DNA of 64,000 bases, taken from assembly GCA_944393575.1 (NCBI GenBank), contig CALYAP010000066.1, positions 14,300-78,299 of the forward strand. The letters run 5' to 3'. Every line of letters begins with the position of its first letter. Position 1 is the first letter of the stretch. This DNA is from an uncultured Clostridia bacterium. Lineage in GTDB: Bacteria > Bacillota > Dehalobacteriia > UBA4068. This document shows, piece by piece, positions 48,879-59,412 of this stretch. The notes below the pieces were generated by a model. That model saw only the letters and a program-made list of their open reading frames with translations, made no database searches and had not been told where the DNA came from. Position numbers and translations under genes: made by a program.

Positions 48879-51038
48879 ATGTCTAAGAAAATAACTGGGC
48901 GCAAAAGAGATGTTAACCCGCGTCTTAAAGACCGAATAGAAAATAGAAAAACAAAAATTTGGCGGACAGCCCTTTTTGTCATGCTGATTATTGTTTCTTG
49001 GGCTATTCTCTCGATTAATTTTCTGCCGGAACAAGTCTCGCTAACTGAAGGAGAGATCGCTTCCGACGATTATTTCTATGAGGGCTCAACTGTTACCTAT
49101 GTCAGCGAGATCCGCACTGAGGAAGCTAGAAACGAAGCTGCCGCTGGTGTGGAAGAGCAATATATAGTTGACGATACCGTACTTACTAACCTACTTCAAG
49201 AAATTGATGGCTATTTTGATACTGTCCTCCAAACTGCCAGCGGCGATCTTAGTATCAATGAACTAAAAGCTGCTTTGCCTGGTGAATATACCAACGAGGT
49301 ATTGTATAGTATCACTGGCCTGTCGCAGGAGGATATTACCACTACCCGGGATAGCTTTAAGCGGATGGTAGAAAGTATTTTTGAGGAAGGTGTTTTAGAA
49401 AAAGATATTGAGGACGCCCGACAAAGCATTGCCTTGGCTATCAGTGCTTCGACGATTTCTGGCAATGTCGAGTTGTTTTTAAAGAGTCTTAATGAAGGTA
49501 TGGATTATCCATATAATAAAGTATTTGATGCTGTATCCACATCTCAGCTAACTGAAGAAGCCAGAGAAAATGTTAGCCCAGTATCGGTAACAGTGCTAAA
49601 TGGTGAAAAATTGGTCAGCAAAGGCCAGATGGTTACCGCAGAACAGGTTGAGGCGTTGCAGGCACTACGTTTGCAGAGTGATAATCCTATTCTCACCCCC
49701 CATATTGGCTTATTTATCTTAGTCGTACTTTGTTATTTGATTCTCTATTTCTATCTTAAATTTTACGAGAAAACTATTTTTAAACGCAAGCCTGCTATTT
49801 TACTGCTCGGCGTGGTAATGGTAGTGATTTTGCTGATTTGCAAACTTATTTCTTTGATTAGTTTCAATATGGATACTGAACTAACAGCACAGATAGGCTA
49901 TTTATTACCAGTTACTGCTGCTTCTATGGTGCTGACGGTGCTTTTGGATCGCGAGGTAGCAACCGTATGCACAGTGATTTTATCGATCTTTGTAGGGGTA
50001 ATTATGGACGGCTCAATGGCCTTCCCTCTCGTGGCGCTGGCCGGAGGCCTAACTGGTATTATTACTGCTTCCCGACTCAATCAGCGAAGTCAATTTGTGG
50101 GAGCGAGCATCTATATCACCCTGGCTAATTTGTTAGTAATAGGTGCATGGGGGCTGATTTGGCATCAGAGTTATTCAGCGATCGGCATTGGTATGCTGTT
50201 TGGACTGATTAATGGCCTTTTGTCTGCTATTCTAGCCATGGGTATCCTGCCTTACCTGGAAAGTGCTTTCGGTATTACTACTGTGATCAGGCTTTTAGAA
50301 CTGTCTAATTCCAATCACCCGTTATTGAAGCGGCTGATGATGGAGGCGCCAGGCACTTATAATCACAGTATTCTTGTCGGCAATTTGGCTGAAGCTGCTG
50401 CTGATGCTATTGGCGCCAATACACTATTGGTGCGTGTCGCTTCTTACTACCATGATATTGGAAAACTCAAACGCCCGCATTTTTACATCGAAAATCAGCG
50501 CCCAGGTGAAAATCCGCATGATAAATTGCAGCCAGGACTCTCGGCGATGATTATCACTTCACATACTACTGATGGCGCTAAAATGCTTAGAGAAGAGCAT
50601 TTCCCGGAAGAGATCATTAATATTGTTGAACAGCATCATGGCAATAGTGTACTTAAGTATTTTTATAATAAAGCCAAGGAACAGGCAGTCGATCCAGATG
50701 AAGTAAAGATCGCCGACTATCGCTATAAGGGCCGTCGTCCACAGACTAAAGAGGCGGCATTAGTGATGTTGGCTGATAGCGTTCAGGCTGCTGTTCAAGC
50801 AATTAATAGCCAAGATAGCGAACAGGTAAAAGATAAGGTCTTTAAAGTGATCAATTCCAAAATGCAGGAGGGCCAGCTGGCTGATTGTCCGCTTACTTTT
50901 AAGGATTTGGAAGTTATTAGCCAGAGCTTCTTGATGGTTCTTTCCGGAATGAATCATCAAAGAATTAATTATCCTGATAGCGCTACTGAGGCGCTTACTG
51001 AGGGAACTGCTGATGAAAACAAAACTGAGAATAACTAG
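48879..51038 (+). CDS. pgpH: 7TM-HD membrane phosphohydrolase (PgpH/YqfF family)
   Basis: Extracellular domain, seven TM helices, and an HD domain (HSILVGNLAE..., YHDIGK). Confidence 0.85.
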   Translation: MSKKITGRKRDVNPRLKDRIENRKTKIWRTALFVMLIIVSWAILSINFLPEQVSLTEGEIASDDYFYEGSTVTYVSEIRTEEARNEAAAGVEEQYIVDDTVLTNLLQEIDGYFDTVLQTASGDLSINELKAALPGEYTNEVLYSITGLSQEDITTTRDSFKRMVESIFEEGVLEKDIEDARQSIALAISASTISGNVELFLKSLNEGMDYPYNKVFDAVSTSQLTEEARENVSPVSVTVLNGEKLVSKGQMVTAEQVEALQALRLQSDNPILTPHIGLFILVVLCYLILYFYLKFYEKTIFKRKPAILLLGVVMVVILLICKLISLISFNMDTELTAQIGYLLPVTAASMVLTVLLDREVATVCTVILSIFVGVIMDGSMAFPLVALAGGLTGIITASRLNQRSQFVGASIYITLANLLVIGAWGLIWHQSYSAIGIGMLFGLINGLLSAILAMGILPYLESAFGITTVIRLLELSNSNHPLLKRLMMEAPGTYNHSILVGNLAEAAADAIGANTLLVRVASYYHDIGKLKRPHFYIENQRPGENPHDKLQPGLSAMIITSHTTDGAKMLREEHFPEEIINIVEQHHGNSVLKYFYNKAKEQAVDPDEVKIADYRYKGRRPQTKEAALVMLADSVQAAVQAINSQDSEQVKDKVFKVINSKMQEGQLADCPLTFKDLEVISQSFLMVLSGMNHQRINYPDSATEALTEGTADENKTENN

Positions 51039-51510
51039 GCAGGGAAAGACCCCTGCTACCACGCCGGGCTTGCGTCGGCTTTTCCGCAAAGCTGCTGAAG
51101 AGACTTTGTCCTGCTTGGCCATTGAAGAAGCAACGGAGATCAGTCTATTACTAACTGATGATCAGACGATCCATCAATTAAATTATGCTTACCGGGATAA
51201 GGACGCTCCTACCGATGTCCTTAGCTTTGCTATGGAAGAGGGGGAAGAGTTTGTTGCTACAAAAGGCGAGCCAAGGATGTTGGGCGATATTGTTATCTCC
51301 CGCCAGCGGGCTGCTGAACAAGCACAGCTTTATGGACATTCCCAGGAGAGGGAAGAGGTGTTCTTGTTTATTCACGGACTGCTGCATCTTTTAGGTTATG
51401 ACCATGAGCGAAGTAAGGAAGAAGAACGCGAAATGTTTGCTCTGCAAGACCAAATCATAGCTCGTCTAAGCGAGCGCTTTCCTGAATATAATTTAGCAGT
51501 ATCTAAGTAA
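51013..51510 (+). CDS. ybeY: rRNA maturation endoribonuclease YbeY
   Basis: HGLLHLLGYDHE zinc motif. 26-nt overlap with pgpH. Confidence 0.9.
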   Translation: MKTKLRITRQGKTPATTPGLRRLFRKAAEETLSCLAIEEATEISLLLTDDQTIHQLNYAYRDKDAPTDVLSFAMEEGEEFVATKGEPRMLGDIVISRQRAAEQAQLYGHSQEREEVFLFIHGLLHLLGYDHERSKEEEREMFALQDQIIARLSERFPEYNLAVSK

Positions 51511-51606
51511 AAGGTTGCTGTCATGTACGGCAGCCGCTGCTTAATAATTAACTTGGTTTAAAAAGATAATTTTAAATATATCATACTATTACGGGGGAGA
51601 ACTACG

Positions 51607-52659
51607 GTGAAAATGAAGAAAATACTTCTAGCATTAGTTATTTGTTCACTTGTTTTTGGGTTTACTGCTTGTAACACTGCTACAGTGCCTGGCGGTTCAC
51701 AGGATGTTGACTCTGAGCAGGAGCCGGAACCAGTATATAATCCTTTGACTAATTTGCCGGTTGATGGTCCTATCGAAGCGAGAATGTTTTTAGTCAGTAT
51801 CGGCAATAGTTCTGATGCTCGTCCGCAATACGGTGTTTCTAAGGCTGATATCGTTTATGAGGTCCCAGCGGAAGGAAATATCCCCCGCCTGTTAGCCCTG
51901 TTTTATTCTGAGGTACCCGATGTTATCGGCGGTGTGCGTTCTGCCCGCCCCTATATGATCGATATCGCCCAGGAATGGGACGCCTTGTTTGTTCATTGTG
52001 GCGGTAGTGTCAGGGCACTTAATATTTTGGCTAGCAGCGGTTCGGTGGAAAACCTCAATGAGATTGCCAATGGCAGCTATTTCTGGCGTGACAATAGCCG
52101 CTATGCCCCGCATAACCTGATGACTTCCGGCGAAAACCTCTATGAATATTTGGAAGACAGTGGCCGGGCAACTGTTCAGGAGAATGTTCGTCAACTGAAC
52201 TTTTTAGCAGAAGGCGAGCTGCCCGCTGGTGAAGAGGCGGATCTGATCAATCTTCGCTATACCGACGCTAATGTTGTTTATACTTATGATAAGAGTATCA
52301 CCTGCTATAACCGGGTAGTAAATGATACGCCCTTTATTGATGCTGGTACTGGGTCTACGATAAAAGTCAGCAATATTATCATTCAGAAGATCACTTCCAC
52401 TTTAGAAGATAGTGACGGGCATATCGCTATGGATATGTGCTCTGGCGGCGAGGCTTATCTGTTCACTGGCGGCACAGTGCAAAAGGGAACCTGGAGCAGA
52501 GCTGATAAAGATAGCCCAACGATTTTTGTTGACGAAAATGGTGAGGAGTTTAAGCTTAATGCCGGTCAGACCTGGATTCAGATAGTTGATGGCAATGTTG
52601 GCTTTAGCTATGAAGATACCACTCCAGAACCTGTTGATACCGAGATGGAGACAGAATAA
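51607..52659 (+). CDS. DUF3048 domain lipoprotein (YerB-like)
   Basis: Signal peptide plus lipobox FTAC. Start is either the GTG at 51607 or the ATG at 51613. Confidence 0.7.
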   Translation: MKMKKILLALVICSLVFGFTACNTATVPGGSQDVDSEQEPEPVYNPLTNLPVDGPIEARMFLVSIGNSSDARPQYGVSKADIVYEVPAEGNIPRLLALFYSEVPDVIGGVRSARPYMIDIAQEWDALFVHCGGSVRALNILASSGSVENLNEIANGSYFWRDNSRYAPHNLMTSGENLYEYLEDSGRATVQENVRQLNFLAEGELPAGEEADLINLRYTDANVVYTYDKSITCYNRVVNDTPFIDAGTGSTIKVSNIIIQKITSTLEDSDGHIAMDMCSGGEAYLFTGGTVQKGTWSRADKDSPTIFVDENGEEFKLNAGQTWIQIVDGNVGFSYEDTTPEPVDTEMETE

Positions 52660-53567
52660 TGAGTAAGGCAAAGGCACCATTTCATTCTGGCTTTGTAACT
52701 CTGATCGGTAGGCCTAACGCCGGTAAAAGCACCCTTACCAACCAGCTGGTGGGGGAAAAAGTAGCTATTATTTCCGATAAACCACAGACGACACGTAATA
52801 CCATCAGAGGCATTTATACTGATGAACGGATGCAGGTGGTGCTGCTGGATACTCCCGGTGTACATAAACCAAAGTTTAAACTGGGAGAGCGGATGATGAA
52901 CTCCGTCAATGATGCTTTAGCTGGCTGTGATATTATTCTCTATTTGGTGGATGTCACAGAGTCTTTTGGTGCCGGGGAAGAATATATTCTCTCGATGTTG
53001 CAAAAGGATGCTCCGAAAACTCCGGTGTTTTTGATACTCAATAAAATAGATCTCTTCAAAAAAGAGCAGCTTCTGCCTTTGATCTCTTTTTATGCGGATA
53101 AGTATTCTTTTGCGGAAATCATTCCTCTTTCTGCTTTCAGTGGTGAAAATAAGGACAGCTTGTTGGAAGCGATTTATAAACTATTGCCGGAGGGGCCTTG
53201 CTATTATCCGCCGGATACTGTTTCTGATTTGCCGGAGAATATGCTGGTGGCAGAGCTGATCCGAGAGCAGGCTCTACGTTTGACTACCGATGAGGTACCA
53301 CATTCGATTGCCGTCACTGTTTCAGAACTAGAGGAACGTGATAATGGTTTGCTTTATATTGGGGCTAATATTTATGTTGAGCGTGATAGTCAGAAAGGAA
53401 TTATTATTGGCAAGCAGGGAGCTATGTTGAAAAAAATCGGCGCTGCTGCCCGTTGGGAGATCGAGAAGATCTTTGGCTGTCGTGTTTATTTGGATATTAG
53501 GGTAAGGGCAAAAAAAGACTGGCGCAATAATACTGGACTGCTGGATAATTGGCTGCCAGAGGAATAA
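52659..53567 (+). CDS. era: GTPase Era
   Basis: G1 GRPNAGKST, G3 DTPG, plus a C-terminal KH domain. Confidence 0.95.
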   Translation: MSKAKAPFHSGFVTLIGRPNAGKSTLTNQLVGEKVAIISDKPQTTRNTIRGIYTDERMQVVLLDTPGVHKPKFKLGERMMNSVNDALAGCDIILYLVDVTESFGAGEEYILSMLQKDAPKTPVFLILNKIDLFKKEQLLPLISFYADKYSFAEIIPLSAFSGENKDSLLEAIYKLLPEGPCYYPPDTVSDLPENMLVAELIREQALRLTTDEVPHSIAVTVSELEERDNGLLYIGANIYVERDSQKGIIIGKQGAMLKKIGAAARWEIEKIFGCRVYLDIRVRAKKDWRNNTGLLDNWLPEE

Positions 53568-53573
53568 CTATTC

Positions 53574-54326
53574 ATGGATATCAGAGATACTACCATTGAT
53601 GCCATCATTCTTAAATCCCGTGATTACCGCGAGCAGGACAAGCTCCTGACTTATTTTGCTTTAGAGACAGGTAAAGGAGTAGCAATTGCCAGGGGAGCTG
53701 CTAAACCCGGCGGGAAGTTGCGCAATATCGCTCAGCCGTTTTGCCGTGTTTCTTTGACTCTTTCCCGCCCTAAAGGAGGAGTCTCTTTTATTAGCCAAGG
53801 ACTGCCCCAGAGCAGCTTTGTCTCTGTCGATGCTGATCTTTCGGCAATTGTCTATGCTTCCTATATCAGTGAGCTATCTGATATCGCTATGCCGGAGCAC
53901 CGTCCGTCGCCCCGCTTTTTTGCGCTGCTGCTGACGGTTTTTTCTTTGCTGAAGATGGATGATGATCATGCGCGTACCGCACGTTATTTTGAACTGCGGC
54001 TTTTGCAGGAGTTGGGTTTGCTGCCAGATATTTCTGCCTGCGATCATTGCGGGCGGGCTTTGATGGGCGGCAGTTTTCACCTTTCGCCTAAAGCCGGGGG
54101 GCTGCTTTGTGCTACTTGTGGGGTTGGTGATGGTTCGCCGTTGATCTGCGCCGGCGCAGTGCAAACGATGCGCCGACTAGTCGATTCTCCCCTGGTACGC
54201 ATACCATCGATTCGTATCAGTGCGCCGTTGATGGCAGAAATAGAGAGCGCTTTGACCTATTATTTGGATTATCATCTGGAATATAGCTCTAAAGCCAGGC
54301 GGATTTTACAACAATTACTTGATTAA
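53574..54326 (+). CDS. recO: DNA repair protein RecO
   Basis: OB N-domain and zinc-binding CDHC...CATC motif. Confidence 0.9.
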   Translation: MDIRDTTIDAIILKSRDYREQDKLLTYFALETGKGVAIARGAAKPGGKLRNIAQPFCRVSLTLSRPKGGVSFISQGLPQSSFVSVDADLSAIVYASYISELSDIAMPEHRPSPRFFALLLTVFSLLKMDDDHARTARYFELRLLQELGLLPDISACDHCGRALMGGSFHLSPKAGGLLCATCGVGDGSPLICAGAVQTMRRLVDSPLVRIPSIRISAPLMAEIESALTYYLDYHLEYSSKARRILQQLLD

Positions 54327-54465
54327 AGTATTACTTATCTGCTATAATAAATAAATTCTTAGTTCTTATTTGTATCAGCATTATAACGATCGGTCTGCAA
54401 AACAATTGAGAGCATTGTGCCAATTACTGGATACAATATTATTTTAGCAAAAACGGAGGGACAAC

Positions 54466-55707
54466 ATGTTTGATTTCAGTATTTTACAGGCAGCTGACCC
54501 AGAAGTTGCCGCAGCAGTTACTGCTGAGCTGGCTAGACAGCGGGATAAGATCGAATTAATCGCATCAGAAAACTTCACCTCTCGCGCGGTGATGGCCGCT
54601 CAGGGCTCAGTACTTACTAATAAATATGCAGAAGGATACCCTGGTAAGCGGTATTATGGCGGCTGTGAGTGTGTTGATGTTGCTGAAGAGTTGGCACGCG
54701 AACGTGCGAAAAAGTTGTTTGGCGCTAAATTTGCTAATGTTCAACCTCATAGTGGCGCGCAGGCTAATATGGCAGCCTATTTTGCTCTATTGAACCCTGG
54801 CGACCGTATTTTAGGTATGAGCCTGGCGCATGGCGGACATCTGACTCATGGTTCACCGGTTAATTTTTCTGGCAAACAGTATGAGTTTGTCTCTTACGGT
54901 GTAGAAAAGGATACAGAGACCATTGATTATGATTTGCTGATGAAGCAGGCGATGGAAGTTAAGCCAAAGATGATCGTTGCCGGTGCCTCAGCCTATCCCC
55001 GTGCTCTCGATTTTGCTAAATTTAGAGAGATCGCCGATGCTTGCGGCGCTCTGCTGATGACCGATATGGCCCATATTGCTGGACTGGTTGCAGTTGGCGA
55101 GCATATGTCGCCAGTACCATATTGTGATGTTGTCACCTCTACCACGCATAAAACGTTGCGTGGTCCCCGCGGCGGGTTGATTCTTACCAATAATGAAGAA
55201 TATGCTAAGCTGATCGATAAGGCTGTTTTCCCAGGCCTTCAGGGTGGTCCACTGATGCATGTCATCGCCGCTAAAGCTGTAGCTTTGGGTGAAGCGCTTA
55301 AGCCAGAGTTCAAGCAATATATCATCCAGGTCAAAAAGAATGCCCAGGTCTTGGCTAAGGGCTTGGCTGATAATGGTTTGAGAATCGTTTCCGGCGGTAC
55401 TGATAATCATCTGATGCTGGTTGATATGCGTCCTATTGGCATGACTGGTAAAGAAGCGGAGCATATTTTAGATGAAGCCGGCATTACCTGCAATAAGAAC
55501 GGAATCCCCTTTGATCCGGAAAAACCTTTCGTGACCAGCGGCATCAGGCTTGGTTCTGCCGCTTGCACTACCAGAGGCTTTGTAGAAGAAGACTTTGCTA
55601 AGGTCGCTGATGCTATTGCTATGTGCCTGACTAAAGATGAAGAAAAATTCAATCAGGCAGTTAAGATAGTTAAAGAATTGACCGCTAGTCACCCGCTATA
55701 CGCTTAA
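54466..55707 (+). CDS. glyA: serine hydroxymethyltransferase
   Basis: PLP-lysine region [12 protein letters not shown]. Confidence 0.97.
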   Translation: MFDFSILQAADPEVAAAVTAELARQRDKIELIASENFTSRAVMAAQGSVLTNKYAEGYPGKRYYGGCECVDVAEELARERAKKLFGAKFANVQPHSGAQANMAAYFALLNPGDRILGMSLAHGGHLTHGSPVNFSGKQYEFVSYGVEKDTETIDYDLLMKQAMEVKPKMIVAGASAYPRALDFAKFREIADACGALLMTDMAHIAGLVAVGEHMSPVPYCDVVTSTTHKTLRGPRGGLILTNNEEYAKLIDKAVFPGLQGGPLMHVIAAKAVALGEALKPEFKQYIIQVKKNAQVLAKGLADNGLRIVSGGTDNHLMLVDMRPIGMTGKEAEHILDEAGITCNKNGIPFDPEKPFVTSGIRLGSAACTTRGFVEEDFAKVADAIAMCLTKDEEKFNQAVKIVKELTASHPLYA

Positions 55708-55735
55708 ACTTATACTTAGATAGTGACTATCAGCA

Positions 55736-55774
55736 AACAGACTCGCTATATTGTCAGCGGGTCTGTTGTTTTTA
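55736..55774 (+). terminator. glyA terminator
   Basis: aacagactcgc-N10-gcgggtctgtt-gttttt. Confidence 0.7.
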
Positions 55775-55911
55775 TTGAAGAATATTCAGCATTATTGATA
55801 AGTTTTGTCCGCTAATTGGACATTTTGTCTTCAGTGAAATTATTCCGAAGGTTATTTGAAAAAGATACGAAATTTTTTTGATAAAAAATAGTTATTTTTG
55901 TATAAAAAGAC

Positions 55912-55940
55912 TTGTTTTTCTCGTCAGATGTGTTTATAAT
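55912..55940 (+). promoter_or_regulatory. sigmaA-type promoter of the pyrophosphatase gene
   Basis: TTGTTT - 17 nt - TATAAT. Confidence 0.5.
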
Positions 55941-56002
55941 AGAACAGCTTGTGAGGAGTTGTTTCTTCATATTAATATATTGTCAAGAAAGGGGAGTTAC
56001 TC

Positions 56003-58441
56003 TTGTTACGCGGAAAAGTCATTCTTCCGCTGGCGGCCTTATTCGTTTTATTGAGTCCGGCTTATGCCTTCGCCAGCGAGGCAGACCTTGTAATCCCGGA
56101 ATTCGAACCATTCCAGCGTACTTTGCTGATGATTGGTATCGGCGTTTGTATTTTAGGCTTTTTATTCGGTATTTATCAATTCTTTAAAGTTCGTAAATTG
56201 CGTGCGCATAAATCAATGCTCGATGTTGCCGCTACAATTTATGAGACCTGTAAAACCTATATGATCCAGCAGGGTAAATTCTTATGCTTGCTCCTGCTGT
56301 TCATCGGTATTTGTATAGCATTCTACTTTGGCGTCCTAGACGGTATGGGTGCTGGCCGTGTGCTCATGATTTTGCTCTGGGCAGTATTAGGTATTTTGGG
56401 GTCTTACGTAGTAGCGTGGTATGGTATGAAAATGAATACCATGGCCAATAGCCGTATGGCCTTTGCTTCTTTAGAGCGCAAACCTCTCAAGCTGCTGAAT
56501 ATCCCGCTCAATGCAGGTATCAGCATTGGTGTTACCCTGATTTGTATGGAATTGGTTATGATGCTGGTCATCTTGATCTTTGTTCCTCGCGATATTGCCG
56601 GCGCTTGCTTTATTGGTTTTGCTATTGGTGAATCCCTTGGCGCATCTGCCCTGCGTATTGCTGGTGGTATCTTCACTAAGATCGCTGATATCGGCGCAGA
56701 CTTGATGAAGATCGTCTTTAAGATCGGTGAGGATGATCCGCGTAACCCAGGCGTTATTGCTGACTGCACCGGCGATAATGCTGGCGATAGTGTTGGTCCT
56801 ACTGCCGACGGTTTTGAAACCTATGGCGTTACCGGTGTTGCTTTGGTTACTTTCATCGTTTTAGCTGTAGAACCATCGCTGCAGCCGGTTATGTTGAGCT
56901 GGATCTTCATTATGCGTATCCTGATGCTCATTACTTCGGTTATTTCTTACTATGTCAACGGTGCTATCTCTCATGCCCGTTATAGTAATGCAGACAAGCT
57001 GGATTTTGAACGTCCCTTGACCACTTTGGTTTGGATCACCTCGATTCTTTCCATTATCGTTACCTTTGTTTCCAGCTACTTTATCATTGGTCCTAACTCT
57101 GCAGTTGGTGCTTATGATCCTAATCTGTGGTATGTATTGGCTATCATTATCAGCTGCGGTACCTTGGGCGGTGCAGTTATTCCTGAAATTACCAAGGTCT
57201 TTACCAGCCCCAAGAGCAAGCATGTACAGGAAACCGTTACTACTTCTAAAGAGGGCGGCGCTTCCTTGAATATTCTCTCTGGTTTGACCTCCGGTAACTA
57301 CAGTGCTTTCTGGATCGGCATGGTCTTCTTTGGCCTGATGTTTGTCGCTTATCTTGCCAGCAATAACGGCTTAGCCGCTATTATGGATTACCAGTCGATC
57401 TTTGCCTTTGGTCTGGTGGCCTTTGGTTTCCTCAGCATGGGTCCTGTCACTATTGCTGTTGATAGCTATGGACCAGTTACCGATAACGCTCAGTCCATTT
57501 ATGAACTATCTTTGATCGAGTCTATCGATAATGTCGATAAAGAGATCGAAAAAGATTTTGGCTTTAAACCTGATTTCGAAGTTGCTAAAGATTATCTTGA
57601 GGCTAATGACGGTGCTGGTAATACCTTTAAAGCTACTGCTAAGCCAGTGTTGATCGGTACTGCTGTAGTTGGTGCTACTACCATGATCTTCTCATTGATC
57701 TTGGTTATCGGTAATGTCACTGGTGTAGCCCCGGCTGAGGTATTGAACCTGCTGAATCCGTTCACCATCCTTGGCCTGATTTGCGGTGGCGCGACCATTT
57801 ACTGGTTCACTGGCGCCTCCACTCAGTCCGTTGTTGCCGGCTCCTATAAGGCTGTTGAGTATATTAAAGGTAATATTCAACTTGATGAGAATGCGGACTT
57901 AAAAGCTTCTACTGAGAAATCGAAAGAGGTTGTTAAGATCTGCACCCGTTATGCTCAACATGGTATGCTGAATATCTTTATTGCAGTCTTCTGCTTCACT
58001 TTGGCTTATGCATTCTTCTCCGCTCCTAGCGGCGATAATGTCCAGCCGGTTTCCTTCTTCATCTCTTACCTTATTTCCATCGCGGTCTTTGGTCTGTTCC
58101 AGGCAGTCTTTATGGCTAATGCCGGTGGTTGCTGGGATAATGCTAAAAAGGTCGTTGAGGTTGACTTGAAGATGAAGGGCACCGAGCTTCACGATGCTAC
58201 TATCGTTGGTGATACTGTTGGCGATCCTTTTAAAGATACCTCTTCTGTTGCTTTGAACCCGATCATCAAGTTCACCACGCTCTTTGGTATGTTGGCTATG
58301 GAGATTGCTATTACCGATCAGTTTGCGCCTATCGCGCCATATATCGGTATTGTCTTCTTGGCGATTGCTTTTATTTTCGTCTGGCGCTCTTTCTATTCGA
58401 TGAGAAATAAGAGTAAAGTCCAAAAAGAGGAAGCTAAATAG
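56003..58441 (+). CDS. hppA: membrane-integral H+/Na+-translocating pyrophosphatase
   Basis: TTG start after AGGGGAG. Motifs GDNAGD, DTVGDPFKDT. About 16-17 TM helices. N-terminal signal-like segment. Confidence 0.9.
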   Translation: MLRGKVILPLAALFVLLSPAYAFASEADLVIPEFEPFQRTLLMIGIGVCILGFLFGIYQFFKVRKLRAHKSMLDVAATIYETCKTYMIQQGKFLCLLLLFIGICIAFYFGVLDGMGAGRVLMILLWAVLGILGSYVVAWYGMKMNTMANSRMAFASLERKPLKLLNIPLNAGISIGVTLICMELVMMLVILIFVPRDIAGACFIGFAIGESLGASALRIAGGIFTKIADIGADLMKIVFKIGEDDPRNPGVIADCTGDNAGDSVGPTADGFETYGVTGVALVTFIVLAVEPSLQPVMLSWIFIMRILMLITSVISYYVNGAISHARYSNADKLDFERPLTTLVWITSILSIIVTFVSSYFIIGPNSAVGAYDPNLWYVLAIIISCGTLGGAVIPEITKVFTSPKSKHVQETVTTSKEGGASLNILSGLTSGNYSAFWIGMVFFGLMFVAYLASNNGLAAIMDYQSIFAFGLVAFGFLSMGPVTIAVDSYGPVTDNAQSIYELSLIESIDNVDKEIEKDFGFKPDFEVAKDYLEANDGAGNTFKATAKPVLIGTAVVGATTMIFSLILVIGNVTGVAPAEVLNLLNPFTILGLICGGATIYWFTGASTQSVVAGSYKAVEYIKGNIQLDENADLKASTEKSKEVVKICTRYAQHGMLNIFIAVFCFTLAYAFFSAPSGDNVQPVSFFISYLISIAVFGLFQAVFMANAGGCWDNAKKVVEVDLKMKGTELHDATIVGDTVGDPFKDTSSVALNPIIKFTTLFGMLAMEIAITDQFAPIAPYIGIVFLAIAFIFVWRSFYSMRNKSKVQKEEAK

Positions 58442-58466
58442 CCTATCGCAATGACAAATGTTTTAT

Positions 58467-58496
58467 AAGAGCGCTCTTAGGAGCGCTCTTATTTTT
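58467..58496. terminator. terminator hairpin 1 between convergent hppA and DUF364 gene
   Basis: aagagcgctctt-agg-agcgctctt-attttt. Confidence 0.7.
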
Positions 58497-58502
58497 ATTA
58501 AT

Positions 58503-58537
58503 AATACCCCCGTTGATCAATTATCAACGGGGGTATT
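58503..58537. terminator. terminator hairpin 2 (perfect 16-bp palindrome)
   Basis: aatacccccgttgat-caatt-atcaacgggggtatt. Confidence 0.6.
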
Positions 58538-58563
58538 ACTTTGCTTGTTTTGCTTTTTTATGA

Positions 58564-59412
58564 TTACTTCTTGCGTTTGATTACCGAACGTTCCGCATAT
58601 TTGCCAAAGAAGTGATATCCCGATCCCCCTTCACTAATGATATCCAGTAATTCATCAGCTTTAGTCACGATGATTCCCCCGGTCATTGTGACTCCTTTAG
58701 CAAAAAGTGGTTCAGGCAGCATGCTGGCAGTAGGACCGGTGACTAGAATTTCCGCTCCAGGTTTAGCCATTGCCAGTAAACCAGGCAGCGTATCGTTGAG
58801 AATAGTAACGCCGGTAATGACCAATAAGTCAGCATACGGCACAAAATCTGCAGCCTGCTCTGCTGGCGCATAGTAAGGCATTTCCCTTTCTTTTAAAGTG
58901 CGCGGGTCCTGCTCCAAAACATGAAAATCACAATTGGCTGCAATCAGCTTTTTGAGTATGGGAACTAAAGCACCTATTACTACGCTTTTTGGATATTTAG
59001 TTACATCTAATTCATCAAAAGCATCTACTCCTAATTCAACAGCATATTCAGTGGGTAGTTCTAACTCCCAGATCAAAGTGCTTAAGGCATTTAATGTTGC
59101 GATGCCTAGAGTCTTTTTTAGGATATTGGTGCTAAAGATATCATTGAGATATTCACTGACCGGACGCTGGGCTAGCTTGCCGGATAATGGCATAGCAGCC
59201 GCGGAGCTGGGACAGCAAACCGCCTCAGGAATTTCCTTGACAGGGGTAAAACATAGCCCGCCATGACCGGTAGATAGTTTGACTCCCGAAAAGAAAAGAC
59301 CAAAGACTGCTCTTTCTACGGTAAGATCGTTTAACCGCTTCCCCAGTCTGTTTTGCACTAGATCAACGCTTTCTTGTAAAAGAATATCATTTGCCATTAT
59401 TTTTATCCCCAT
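58564..59412 (-). CDS. DUF4213/DUF364 (Rossmann-like, putative metal-chelation) domain protein
   Basis: 282 aa. Overlaps the moeA end. The start is possibly the internal MANDILL. Confidence 0.6.
   Translation of the reverse strand: MGIKIMANDILLQESVDLVQNRLGKRLNDLTVERAVFGLFFSGVKLSTGHGGLCFTPVKEIPEAVCCPSSAAAMPLSGKLAQRPVSEYLNDIFSTNILKKTLGIATLNALSTLIWELELPTEYAVELGVDAFDELDVTKYPKSVVIGALVPILKKLIAANCDFHVLEQDPRTLKEREMPYYAPAEQAADFVPYADLLVITGVTILNDTLPGLLAMAKPGAEILVTGPTASMLPEPLFAKGVTMTGGIIVTKADELLDIISEGGSGYHFFGKYAERSVIKRKK

Noticed and set aside
54327-54465. T-box or THF/ZTP riboswitch in the glyA leader
   Set aside because: The leader is only about 140 nt, AT-rich, with no specifier or antiterminator T-box elements and no THF/ZTP conserved segments recognisable.
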